Made by a program: the position numbers and the translations under genes. From assembly GCA_039698055.1 (NCBI GenBank), contig JBDKTL010000011.1, forward strand, positions 1-38,482: a DNA stretch of 38,482 bases, read 5' to 3'. This stretch comes from Methanoregula sp. (GTDB taxonomy: Archaea; Halobacteriota; Methanomicrobia; Methanomicrobiales; Methanospirillaceae). This document shows, piece by piece, positions 19,989 through 28,111 of the stretch; within the stretch, counting starts at the first letter, position 1; each line of letters opens with the position of its first letter. The notes beneath the pieces are model-generated. The model ran no database searches. It was not told the origin of the DNA and saw only the letters and a program-made list of their open reading frames with translations.

Positions 19989-20166
19989 TGGCAGGTGCAT
20001 GGCCATATGCGGTACAGTAATAATCAAACTGACAATGAAGGATGTCACGATACTGAACCGTCAGGATTTACAAGAAACATAATAAAGAACGCATTCCAAA
20101 GAGTACTAATGAGTTAATGGTGAATTCATTGCACCAGCATACATACAGACCTAAAAGAGGCATATA

Positions 20167-20820
20167 ATGACGACATTTTCCAGGACCTTTGGTAAGGCAA
20201 AGAAGAAATTTTCTCTCTTCCTTAATCGTTTTTTTAATAAGAAGCGGACCCGGATTGGCATATATGGCCCGCCGAACGCCGGCAAGACCACGCTTGCCAA
20301 CCGGATTGCCCGGGACTGGACCGGCGACGCTGTCGGGCCGGTAAGCGAGATCCCGCATGAAACCCGCCGTGCGAGGAAAAAAGAGGATATTGTAATATCT
20401 GGTGCAAACGGGAGCTCGGTAACTCTTGATATCGTCGATACACCGGGAGTTACCACAAAGATCGACTATCACGAGTTCCTCGAATATGGTATGGAGAAGG
20501 ATGAGGCAATCATCCGGGCCCGGGAAGCGACCGAAGGTGTTGCCGAAGCGATGCACTGGCTGCGTGAGGATATCGATGGCGTCATCTACATGCTGGACTC
20601 CACCCTCGATCCATTTATGCAGGTCAATATCATGATGGTCGGTATCATCGAGAGCCGCAACCTGCCGGTGATCATTGTCGCAAACAAAATTGACCTGCCT
20701 GATGCAGCCCCGGCCCGGATACGGAGTGCATTCCCCCAGCACCCCGTTGTGGCAATCTCCGGCCTTGAAGGGCGGAACACCGAAGAGCTCTACGAGAAGA
20801 TGATCCAGAATTTTGCCTGA
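20167..20820 (+). CDS. oapA: Era-like small GTPase, OapA/ArvA family
   Basis: GPPNAGKT (G1), PHETR (G2), DTPG (G3), NKID (G4), SGL (G5), RAREATEGVAEA. Confidence 0.88.
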   Translation: MTTFSRTFGKAKKKFSLFLNRFFNKKRTRIGIYGPPNAGKTTLANRIARDWTGDAVGPVSEIPHETRRARKKEDIVISGANGSSVTLDIVDTPGVTTKIDYHEFLEYGMEKDEAIIRAREATEGVAEAMHWLREDIDGVIYMLDSTLDPFMQVNIMMVGIIESRNLPVIIVANKIDLPDAAPARIRSAFPQHPVVAISGLEGRNTEELYEKMIQNFA

Positions 20821-20835
20821 TGGGGGTTTGATAAC

Positions 20836-21234
20836 ATGCCACACAAGTGCACAAAATGCGGCAGGGAATATCCTGACGGGTCAACCGAGATCCTGAAAGG
20901 ATGCGGAAGCTGTGGCGGCAAGAAGTTCCTGTACGTCAAGGACGCAGAGATCAACAAGGATGTACTCGAAGAGAAGTCCATTGAAGAGATCGCCCATGAA
21001 TCAAAGGAAGAGGTCCTGACGGTCGTCGAGCCGAAAGCGAAAAAAGAAGTGGAAATGTATGACCGGGTAGAGACGATCCGTGTCGTCGCTCCGGGGTCAT
21101 ACGAGCTCAATATCGAGAAGATGGCAAAAGACGACGAGCGGATTGTAAGCGTCGGCGGTGCTGAGGGGAGTTACATCATCGACCTGATGTCCATGGCCAA
21201 AGAAACCAAAAAAAAGAAGAGAGCGAGAAAATAA
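20836..21234 (+). CDS. oapC: Zn-ribbon protein, OapC/ArvC (DUF2072) family
   Basis: MPHKCTKCG...ILKGCGSCGGKKF, ETIRVVAPGSYELNI, GSYIIDL. Confidence 0.85.
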   Translation: MPHKCTKCGREYPDGSTEILKGCGSCGGKKFLYVKDAEINKDVLEEKSIEEIAHESKEEVLTVVEPKAKKEVEMYDRVETIRVVAPGSYELNIEKMAKDDERIVSVGGAEGSYIIDLMSMAKETKKKKRARK

Positions 21235-21325
21235 TTTTTTCCGGGCCAATCCTTTTTTATCGTTACAGGTTTTCATTAATTTGTTTGGGGGGCTGACGCC
21301 TGCATCACCGGTTATTTCAAACCAT

Positions 21326-22063
21326 TTACCGTGTCAGCAGGTCATCCCGGATCCCTTCATACGGGGCCGGCAGGTCAAGTTTCCGGAAAAACGCATCGGT
21401 AAACAGCAGGCTGGTGTTCACGGCCCATTCAGCACACCCATGGCCAAAACATTTGTCAGGGAACCAGGGCTGGTTTTTTTGGGCAAGGGGATTTGGGGCA
21501 AATCTCTTTTTAAGTTTTTTCTCAAATTTATCGGTTTGCGTTTCTGTGCCATCACCGGATGTGCGGTCATCGGCAACGATCACCCATTCCCGCCGGTAAT
21601 GCATCAGGTAATTGCGGATCTCGATGAGATCGCGGACATTGGAAAAGACCGGATCGTCGTCGTCAAACGGAGATTTGCCGGCGATCAGGAGTATTTTCTG
21701 GTATTTGGTGATCATCGGGGCACGGTCAAAGTTCTTCTCGTTCTGCCATCCTTCGCCAACGGTTTTGAGGAGCGCTTCGTTCCGGGTATCGGCATAAAAG
21801 TAGGCACCGTCTGCTGCATCGGCATAGAACTCGTTGATGGCAGACTCAAGGAACACGACCGTTGAGAGAACAGAGTTGAGGATGAACGCCTCGTGCCGGA
21901 GCAGGAGATCCGGGCCAGGCTCTTTATCGTCCGGACAGCCCTGTTCGATCCCGTACCCGAGCCGGCAGAGCACAGCGGCAGACTGGATGTACCGTACAGA
22001 GAAACAGTCCCGGAACCGGATCACCGGTTCCCCGCCCGTTGTCTCAAGAGGAATCTTATCCAT
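21326..22063 (-). CDS. hypothetical protein with HEPN-like Rx4H motif
   Basis: 245-aa ORF, helical FLESAINE segment and IRNYLMH. Confidence 0.65.
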   Translation of the reverse strand: MDKIPLETTGGEPVIRFRDCFSVRYIQSAAVLCRLGYGIEQGCPDDKEPGPDLLLRHEAFILNSVLSTVVFLESAINEFYADAADGAYFYADTRNEALLKTVGEGWQNEKNFDRAPMITKYQKILLIAGKSPFDDDDPVFSNVRDLIEIRNYLMHYRREWVIVADDRTSGDGTETQTDKFEKKLKKRFAPNPLAQKNQPWFPDKCFGHGCAEWAVNTSLLFTDAFFRKLDLPAPYEGIRDDLLTR

Positions 22064-22222
22064 GAGTACGATGAGGTTGGATCAGGAAGAGTAAAAAGCA
22101 TGGTGCCAAAAAGACCGGCACGCACGGGCGTCAGGCAGCAACAACCCTGTACCGTGGCAGGATTTCCCCATGATTTCCTCACGGTTATCACCGATACTCT
22201 TAATATTCCCGCACGGTCAATA

Positions 22223-22361
22223 GTAAGACAGCACTTTTTAAAATACAGTGCTGACAGATGTAAGTCCGACGTGCTTAACAGCACTGCCTGGAAGCAAGGC
22301 TTTGGGATTACAGAGAGTCAGTAACACTACTGCACTTTTCTGGACTTACAAAATGTCTTAC
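22223..22361 (+). ncRNA. structured rps15 5' leader (S15-Methanomicrobia-type ribosomal leader)
   Basis: GTAAGACA/TGTCTTAC, CAGCACT/AGTGCTG, TGTAAGTCC/GGACTTACA plus inner hairpins; ends next to the SD GGAGGT. Confidence 0.8.
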
Positions 22362-22374
22362 AGGAGGTACAACT

Positions 22375-22833
22375 ATGGCACGAATGCACGCCAGACGAAG
22401 AGGCAAGTCATGCTCCGTCCGCCCTTACCGGAAAGAGGCGCCTGCATGGTCCAACACGGACACCGCAGCGATCGAGAAAATTATTGTCGATCTCCGCAAG
22501 GAAGGCACTTCAAGCAGTAAGATCGGTCTCGTCCTTCGGGACAAATACGGAGTCCCTGACGTCAAACTGGCAACAGGAAAACGCATTGGCGATATCTTAA
22601 AAGAGAACAAGATGGCAACCGAGATCCCCGAAGACCTTCGGGATCTGATGAAAAAAGCACTCGGGCTGCGCAAGCACCTCGAAGAGAACAAGAAAGATCT
22701 GCACAACAAGCGCCAGCTGCACCTTGTGGAAGCCAAGATCCGCAGGCTCGTACGGTACTATACCGGCTCAAAGAAGCTGCCCGCAGGCTTTACCTACAAG
22801 CCAGAGACTGCAGAAATCCTGCTCTCAAGGTAG
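22375..22833 (+). CDS. rps15: 30S ribosomal protein uS15 (S13e)
   Basis: MARMHARRRGKS, IGLVLRD, IPEDL, EAKIRRLVRYY. Confidence 0.98.
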   Translation: MARMHARRRGKSCSVRPYRKEAPAWSNTDTAAIEKIIVDLRKEGTSSSKIGLVLRDKYGVPDVKLATGKRIGDILKENKMATEIPEDLRDLMKKALGLRKHLEENKKDLHNKRQLHLVEAKIRRLVRYYTGSKKLPAGFTYKPETAEILLSR

Positions 22834-22859
22834 ACCAGATACAATCGTCCAGGTTTAAC

Positions 22860-24077
22860 ATGTCACTTGACGAAGATGCCCAGACCGTTGCAGACCAGAT
22901 ACGGCGCCAGCAATACATCGAGGTGTATGCACACCACGACGCCGATGGTATCTCAGCGGCAGGCATCCTCTGTCATGCGATGCTCCGTGCAGGAATCCGG
23001 TTCCGGCTTCGCGTAAAACAGTCGGTGACTGCCGCCGATCTGGCAGGAGACACGGCAAAACTGCTCTGCGACATGGGTTCGGGCATGGCAGATATCCCCC
23101 GGGACGTGATGGTCGTCGACCACCACATCCCGCAGTTTGAAGGCGAGTTCCAGGTAAACCCCCGTCTTTCCGGCATCGACGGCGACCGCGAACTCTCGGC
23201 AGCAGGAACGGCATATTTTGTCGCCCAGCATCTTGGCGACAACCGTGACCTTGCCGGGCTCGTGATTCCCGGCATCATTGGCGACGAGCAGGTAATCGCC
23301 GGCAAGAACCTTGAGATCTTCAACGATGGGATCGCAAACGGCATCATCGTGCCGGACCGGGGTCTTGTTCTTCCGGGCCGGGACATGACGGAGCGGTGGT
23401 ACATGGCCACCAACCCGTACCTTGAAGCGATCAGCGGCGACGAGCCGGTCATTGCGGATCTCATCGACAAGGCAAAAGGGGAGAATGGCACACGCCTTGA
23501 TACCCTCGTATCCCTCGCTGTGCTCACGACTGCCCGGCAGACGCCGGCGGAAGGCATGATGTCCCTGTACGGGGACACCTTCCACCTTGAACGCGAGGTC
23601 ATCGAAGACGGCCACGCGTTTACGGCAGTCATCGATGCCTGCGGCAAATCAGGTCACGGGGACCTGGGAGCGGCACTCTGCCTGCGCTCGTCCCACGACC
23701 TCGACCATGCATGGGAGATTACCCGGCAGCACCGGATAAAGGTGATCGGTGCGATAAAGGCCGCACAGCCGCTCACCGGTGCCCCGTCGATCTATGAAGT
23801 GCAGGACCTGACGCTCGCTAGCGACGTGGCAGATGTGCTTGCGCGGGACCGCGTGCATACCATGCCGGTTCTCGTGTACGCCCGGGGAGGGGAGATGTGC
23901 CATGTATCGGCCCGCTCATCTGCCGGAACGGGTGCCAGTCTTGGCACCGTTGTCCGCGATCTCGCAACCGCGTGTGGCGGGAACGGCGGAGGGCACAACC
24001 GCAGGGCAGGGGCATCCATCCCCTGCAACCAGATCGATGCATTCTCCCACGGGTGGCAGGAGGCGTTTGCCGTATGA
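22860..24077 (+). CDS. DHH/DHHA1 RecJ-like phosphoesterase
   Basis: HHDADG, DMGSG, VDHH, GIIGD, VSAR, GGGH..RAGA; conserved position between rps15 and pcc1. Confidence 0.9.
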   Translation: MSLDEDAQTVADQIRRQQYIEVYAHHDADGISAAGILCHAMLRAGIRFRLRVKQSVTAADLAGDTAKLLCDMGSGMADIPRDVMVVDHHIPQFEGEFQVNPRLSGIDGDRELSAAGTAYFVAQHLGDNRDLAGLVIPGIIGDEQVIAGKNLEIFNDGIANGIIVPDRGLVLPGRDMTERWYMATNPYLEAISGDEPVIADLIDKAKGENGTRLDTLVSLAVLTTARQTPAEGMMSLYGDTFHLEREVIEDGHAFTAVIDACGKSGHGDLGAALCLRSSHDLDHAWEITRQHRIKVIGAIKAAQPLTGAPSIYEVQDLTLASDVADVLARDRVHTMPVLVYARGGEMCHVSARSSAGTGASLGTVVRDLATACGGNGGGHNRRAGASIPCNQIDAFSHGWQEAFAV

Positions 24078-24313
24078 TGCAGATTACCGGCATGATTGCC
24101 ACCCGCCACGGGAATGCCGCCAGCGTTGCAGAGGCACTTGCCCCGGACAACCTGCGCAGCATGACCACTACCGCAGACGGTAACACGGTGACGACCATGA
24201 TCGCCGGCACACAGCTCCGGTCCGTCATTGCATCTGTTGACGATTATCTGATGAATCTGGCAATTGCAGAAGACACATGTTCGGTTGTTTCACAGGAGAA
24301 ACCGAAAGCATAA
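24074..24313 (+). CDS. pcc1: KEOPS complex subunit Pcc1
   Basis: ALAPDN, LRSVIASVDDYLMNLAIAE; ATGA overlap with the DHH gene; canonical synteny. Confidence 0.85.
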   Translation: MMQITGMIATRHGNAASVAEALAPDNLRSMTTTADGNTVTTMIAGTQLRSVIASVDDYLMNLAIAEDTCSVVSQEKPKA

Positions 24314-24342
24314 AAAAGAACACAAAAAATCCAGGTGATACC

Positions 24343-24948
24343 ATGGCAAAGAAGAAACAGGTTGGAAGAAGAGTTGAAGGCTGGAAAGCCAAAAGCTGGT
24401 TCAAGGTATACGTCCCCGACAACCTCGGCAAGGCATATATCGGCGACACCATTTCAAGCGATGTGGAAACCGTCAAGGGCAGGATCATGCAGTCGACACT
24501 CGGCGAGATCCTCAACGACTATGGAAAACAGCACATCAAGATGAGATTCAAGATCAACGAAGTAACCGGCGACGCCGCATACACCGAATTCGTCGGCCAC
24601 GAAGTGACCCGCGACTACCTCCGGTCCCTTGTCAAGCGCCGGAGCTCCCGTATTGACTGCATGATGATGGTCACCACAAAGGACAACAAGAAAGTCCGGC
24701 TCACCATCAGCGTCTACACGTTTGCCCGGGCAAATATCGCCCAGGAGCACGCGATCCGCAAGGCCATCATGACATCAGTTATCGCCCAGTCACCGGCATG
24801 GGACTTAACGACACTGGTCAACGGCATTGTCTCCGGAGAGATCTCCCGTGACCTGTTCAAGGCAGTCAAGACCATCTACCCCACCCGCAGGGTCGAGGTC
24901 ATCAAGTCCAAGGTTGAGCAGGTTGCAACCGTAATCTCAACCAAGTAA
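24343..24948 (+). CDS. rps3ae: 30S ribosomal protein eS1 (S3Ae)
   Basis: WKAKSWFKVYVP, TRDYLRSLVKRRSSRID, IYPTRRVEVIKS; start MAKKKQ. Confidence 0.97.
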   Translation: MAKKKQVGRRVEGWKAKSWFKVYVPDNLGKAYIGDTISSDVETVKGRIMQSTLGEILNDYGKQHIKMRFKINEVTGDAAYTEFVGHEVTRDYLRSLVKRRSSRIDCMMMVTTKDNKKVRLTISVYTFARANIAQEHAIRKAIMTSVIAQSPAWDLTTLVNGIVSGEISRDLFKAVKTIYPTRRVEVIKSKVEQVATVISTK

Positions 24949-24964
24949 AAACACTTAACAATCC

Positions 24965-24978
24965 CTTTTTTTCCTTTT
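24965..24978 (+). terminator. U-rich terminator after rps3ae
   Basis: T7-CC-T4 tract shortly after the stop. Confidence 0.5.
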
Positions 24979-25040
24979 CACAGTGCGGTATTTCCTACCG
25001 GGAAACCTAATTACCCTGCCCGCCCAACCATTCCATACGA

Positions 25041-26276
25041 ATGACCGCTCATAAGATCCTGTTTGTCGTTATTGACGGTTTGTCCGATCGGCCATGCCCG
25101 GAACTTGGCAATCTCACCCCACTTGAAGCAGCAAAAAAACCTGTTCTCGACCAGCTCGCCCACGAAGGCATCTGCGGGATCATGGATACGATTGCGCCGG
25201 GGATCCGGCCCGGGTCGGATACGGCACACCTTGCCCTGCTGGGCTATGATCCGCATACGAGTTATACCGGCAGGGGTCCGCTGGAATGCGAGGGCTGCGG
25301 CATCCACATGGAGCCGGGCATGATCGGGTTCCGGTGCAATTACGCGACACGGTCTCCTGAGGGTCTTGTTACCGACCGCCGTGCCGGAAGGATCCATGAT
25401 ACAACCGTCCTCTCCGAAGCAATCCAGGAGGGTGTCGATCTTTCAGCGTTTGGCGTGGAGTTCCGGTTCCGGTCCGGCGCGGGGCACCGGGCTGCACTTG
25501 CCCTGAAAGGCAAGGGGCTCGGGCACTGCGTCTCGTCAAACGACCCAAAAAAGGATAGCGTGCCACCGCTTACCATCACCGCACTCAAACCTGAAGCCAT
25601 CCACCAGAAGACCGCACAGGTCTGCAACGAGTTTGTCCGGCAGTCGACAAAAATTCTCTCTGATCACCCGTTGAACACTGAGCGGACAAACCAGGGGCTC
25701 AACCCGGCAAACATCGTGCTGATGCGGGGCGCTGGCGAGATGGGCCATCTCGTACCGTTCCAGCAGAAATACGGGCTCTCCGGCAGTGTGATTGCGGCAG
25801 CAAGCCTGATCACTGGTATCGGAAATGCTGTCGGCCTTCCGCATATCCCGGTGGCAGGCGCCACCGGTTCGCAGGACAGCAATATCGACGGCAAAATTGC
25901 CGCGGTCATCCACGAGCTCGAGACCAAAGATTTTGTGCTGGTGAATATCAAAGGCGCAGACGAGTCCGGGCATGACGGTCTTGTGGCACAGAAAAAAGCG
26001 TTCATCGAGCGGGTGGACGGGGCGCTTTCACCGCTGCTTGGCCAGAAAGACTGCATTATTGTCGTCTGCGCAGATCACTCGACCCCCTGCTGCATCAAGG
26101 ATCACAGCGCAGACCCGGTGCCGGTACTCATCCATGGCGAAGGTGTGAGAGTGGACGACGTGGTACGGTTCGATGAACGCGCCTGCGCAAAAGGAGGGCT
26201 TACCCGTATCACCGGCGCTGCACTCCTCCCGACAGCGATTGACCTGATCAACCGGGCTCACAAGTACGGGGCGTGA
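25041..26276 (+). CDS. apgM: 2,3-bisphosphoglycerate-independent phosphoglycerate mutase (archaeal)
   Basis: IDGLSDRP, TPLEAA, GSDTAHL, GRGPLE, DRRAGRI, DESGHDG, ADHSTP, HSADPVP. Confidence 0.95.
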   Translation: MTAHKILFVVIDGLSDRPCPELGNLTPLEAAKKPVLDQLAHEGICGIMDTIAPGIRPGSDTAHLALLGYDPHTSYTGRGPLECEGCGIHMEPGMIGFRCNYATRSPEGLVTDRRAGRIHDTTVLSEAIQEGVDLSAFGVEFRFRSGAGHRAALALKGKGLGHCVSSNDPKKDSVPPLTITALKPEAIHQKTAQVCNEFVRQSTKILSDHPLNTERTNQGLNPANIVLMRGAGEMGHLVPFQQKYGLSGSVIAAASLITGIGNAVGLPHIPVAGATGSQDSNIDGKIAAVIHELETKDFVLVNIKGADESGHDGLVAQKKAFIERVDGALSPLLGQKDCIIVVCADHSTPCCIKDHSADPVPVLIHGEGVRVDDVVRFDERACAKGGLTRITGAALLPTAIDLINRAHKYGA

Positions 26277-26296
26277 GGGACTTTCGTGGAGAACCG

Positions 26297-27142
26297 ATGA
26301 AGGAGAGATCTGCAAAAAACTGGCACCGACACTGCCTGCTGCCCGACGGGACTGAACTGCAGGAGCACAGCATCAAGACCGACCGGAATATCGTTGTCGG
26401 GGAATTCTGCCAGATCGATTATGGTCTCCGGGGGGCGGATGTCTACGTTGGCGAGTCCTCAAAGATCCGGGAATATGTCTGGGCAGGCGGTGATGCACGG
26501 ATCGGGAACTGGTGCGAGATCGGCAGCGATGTGATAGCAAAAGAGGACGCGTACATTGGAGAAGGCGTGAAGATCAACGGGAAGCTGGTGGTCAGCGGGG
26601 CACTGGATATCGGGGAAAAGGTCGAGATCAAGGAAGGGTTTGAGGCAACAGGAGATGTCGAGATCCGAAACCCGATGCCGGTGCTCATGTTCATTATCAT
26701 CTACCTTATGACGATGCTCCGGATCCAGCGGGAGGAGGAACTCGACCGGATCCTCGACGGTATCTTTGCCGAGGAGGATGAAAAAGTCGATATCCCGCTC
26801 ATGATCCCGGCCCGTTCCCGGCTGAACATGAAAGAGTTCACCGTCCCTTCCACGATGAAGATCGGGAAAAAATGCCGGCTGCATGGCAATATTCATGCCG
26901 GTTCGGTCGATGTCCAGCAGGACACCGTGATTTTTGGCAGCCTGCGGGCACGGCACCGGATCAGCGTCTATGGCGGTGTGACCGTGCACGGGAACGTGGA
27001 GGGCGGCGGCACCGTCTACATCAGGAAGGGCGCCCATATCCTTGGGGACGTAATCGCACGGTCGCTTGTCCTGCACGAAGATGCAACAATTGACGGGACC
27101 ATCGAAGCACCGCACGGCATGCGGATCGAGAGGGGATCATGA
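26297..27142 (+). CDS. bactofilin-like polymer-forming cytoskeletal protein (two beta-helix blocks around a hydrophobic segment)
   Basis: repeated V/I-x-G patterns on both sides of PMPVLMFIIIYLMTMLRI; start may instead be GTG 26273. Confidence 0.75.
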   Translation: MKERSAKNWHRHCLLPDGTELQEHSIKTDRNIVVGEFCQIDYGLRGADVYVGESSKIREYVWAGGDARIGNWCEIGSDVIAKEDAYIGEGVKINGKLVVSGALDIGEKVEIKEGFEATGDVEIRNPMPVLMFIIIYLMTMLRIQREEELDRILDGIFAEEDEKVDIPLMIPARSRLNMKEFTVPSTMKIGKKCRLHGNIHAGSVDVQQDTVIFGSLRARHRISVYGGVTVHGNVEGGGTVYIRKGAHILGDVIARSLVLHEDATIDGTIEAPHGMRIERGS

Positions 27143-27981
27143 AAGCCGCAAAGATTCTCGAACTGGATGAGGTTACGTTCATCGAACCGCTGTTTTCCGC
27201 GCTGCGGGACCCGCTCTTCACCGACCTGATCACGCAAAGCCTGGCTGATGAAGGCCGGCTGCTCCTCGACGAGCATGAAGATCCAATCGCCGTAGCGTTC
27301 CACGAGCCGTCCGGCTGGATTGCCGCATCATTTCTCTGCCGGAAACCAAACCGTGCGATAATCGAACGGTTCGAGGAAGTGAGCGGGGAGATCTTCCAGG
27401 AGGACCGGGCTGCCTGGGCTTCGGCAGTCCGGGAATATTTTAGCATTGCCCTCATGCAGGACACATCCCCCGCGGTCGAAGACCTCAACCCCATCCGGAA
27501 AAGCATCCTGACTGAGGTCATCACCGCAGCGTGGGGGAAAGGTTCCGGTGAAACCTGTCTTGACTGCGGGTGCGGTTCCGGCGTTGGTTCCCTCGTGCTC
27601 CGGGAGATGGGATATTTACCTCTCTCGTATGACAACGACCCGTCCCTGCTCGCGAGAGGACTTGCGGAAAAACGCCTGCTTCCCGATGAGACGATGTGCA
27701 TTGATGCAACGGCGGCTTCCGCGTACCTTGACCCGGTTCCCCGGGGAATCGGCATCATGATGGGCGAGATCAATTCTTTTTCCGAAGAGATGTGGCACGC
27801 GATTGTCGGGGATTTCCTCAGCATCGCCGGGGAGTGCCTGATCACGGTAGGAACACAAGACGAGGCCAGACTGGTCCGGGACTGGGGTGACGATATACAG
27901 AGACCCGTCGAGATCCGGGAGAGTCCCGGGGACGTGTTCTACGACCGCTGGGTGTGTATCGTTCACCCGCCGGCAAAATAG
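27139..27981 (+). CDS. putative class I SAM-dependent methyltransferase
   Basis: CLDCGCGSGVGS motif I, acidic YDND after the second strand, CIDA; ATGA-coupled. Confidence 0.65.
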   Translation: MKAAKILELDEVTFIEPLFSALRDPLFTDLITQSLADEGRLLLDEHEDPIAVAFHEPSGWIAASFLCRKPNRAIIERFEEVSGEIFQEDRAAWASAVREYFSIALMQDTSPAVEDLNPIRKSILTEVITAAWGKGSGETCLDCGCGSGVGSLVLREMGYLPLSYDNDPSLLARGLAEKRLLPDETMCIDATAASAYLDPVPRGIGIMMGEINSFSEEMWHAIVGDFLSIAGECLITVGTQDEARLVRDWGDDIQRPVEIRESPGDVFYDRWVCIVHPPAK

Positions 27982-27987
27982 TCGGGT

Positions 27988-28015
27988 CTTTTTTTAGCCG
28001 TTTTTTTGGTTTTTT
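27988..28015 (+). terminator. clustered U-tracts between convergent genes
   Basis: three T6-T7 runs after the methyltransferase stop. Confidence 0.5.
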
Positions 28016-28111
28016 CGCGCTACTGCTGAAAGGAAAATTGCCCGTTGGTTTTTTTAAGGGTGTAATTCAGTAAAAAATTTTTATCGCTTTTCGGCAGGCG
28101 GATTGCAAACC

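Noticed and set aside
20068-20844. 258-aa minus-strand ORF
   Set aside because: Antisense to the motif-complete GTPase
21281-21865. 194-aa plus-strand ORF
   Set aside because: Antisense to the better-supported HEPN-like gene
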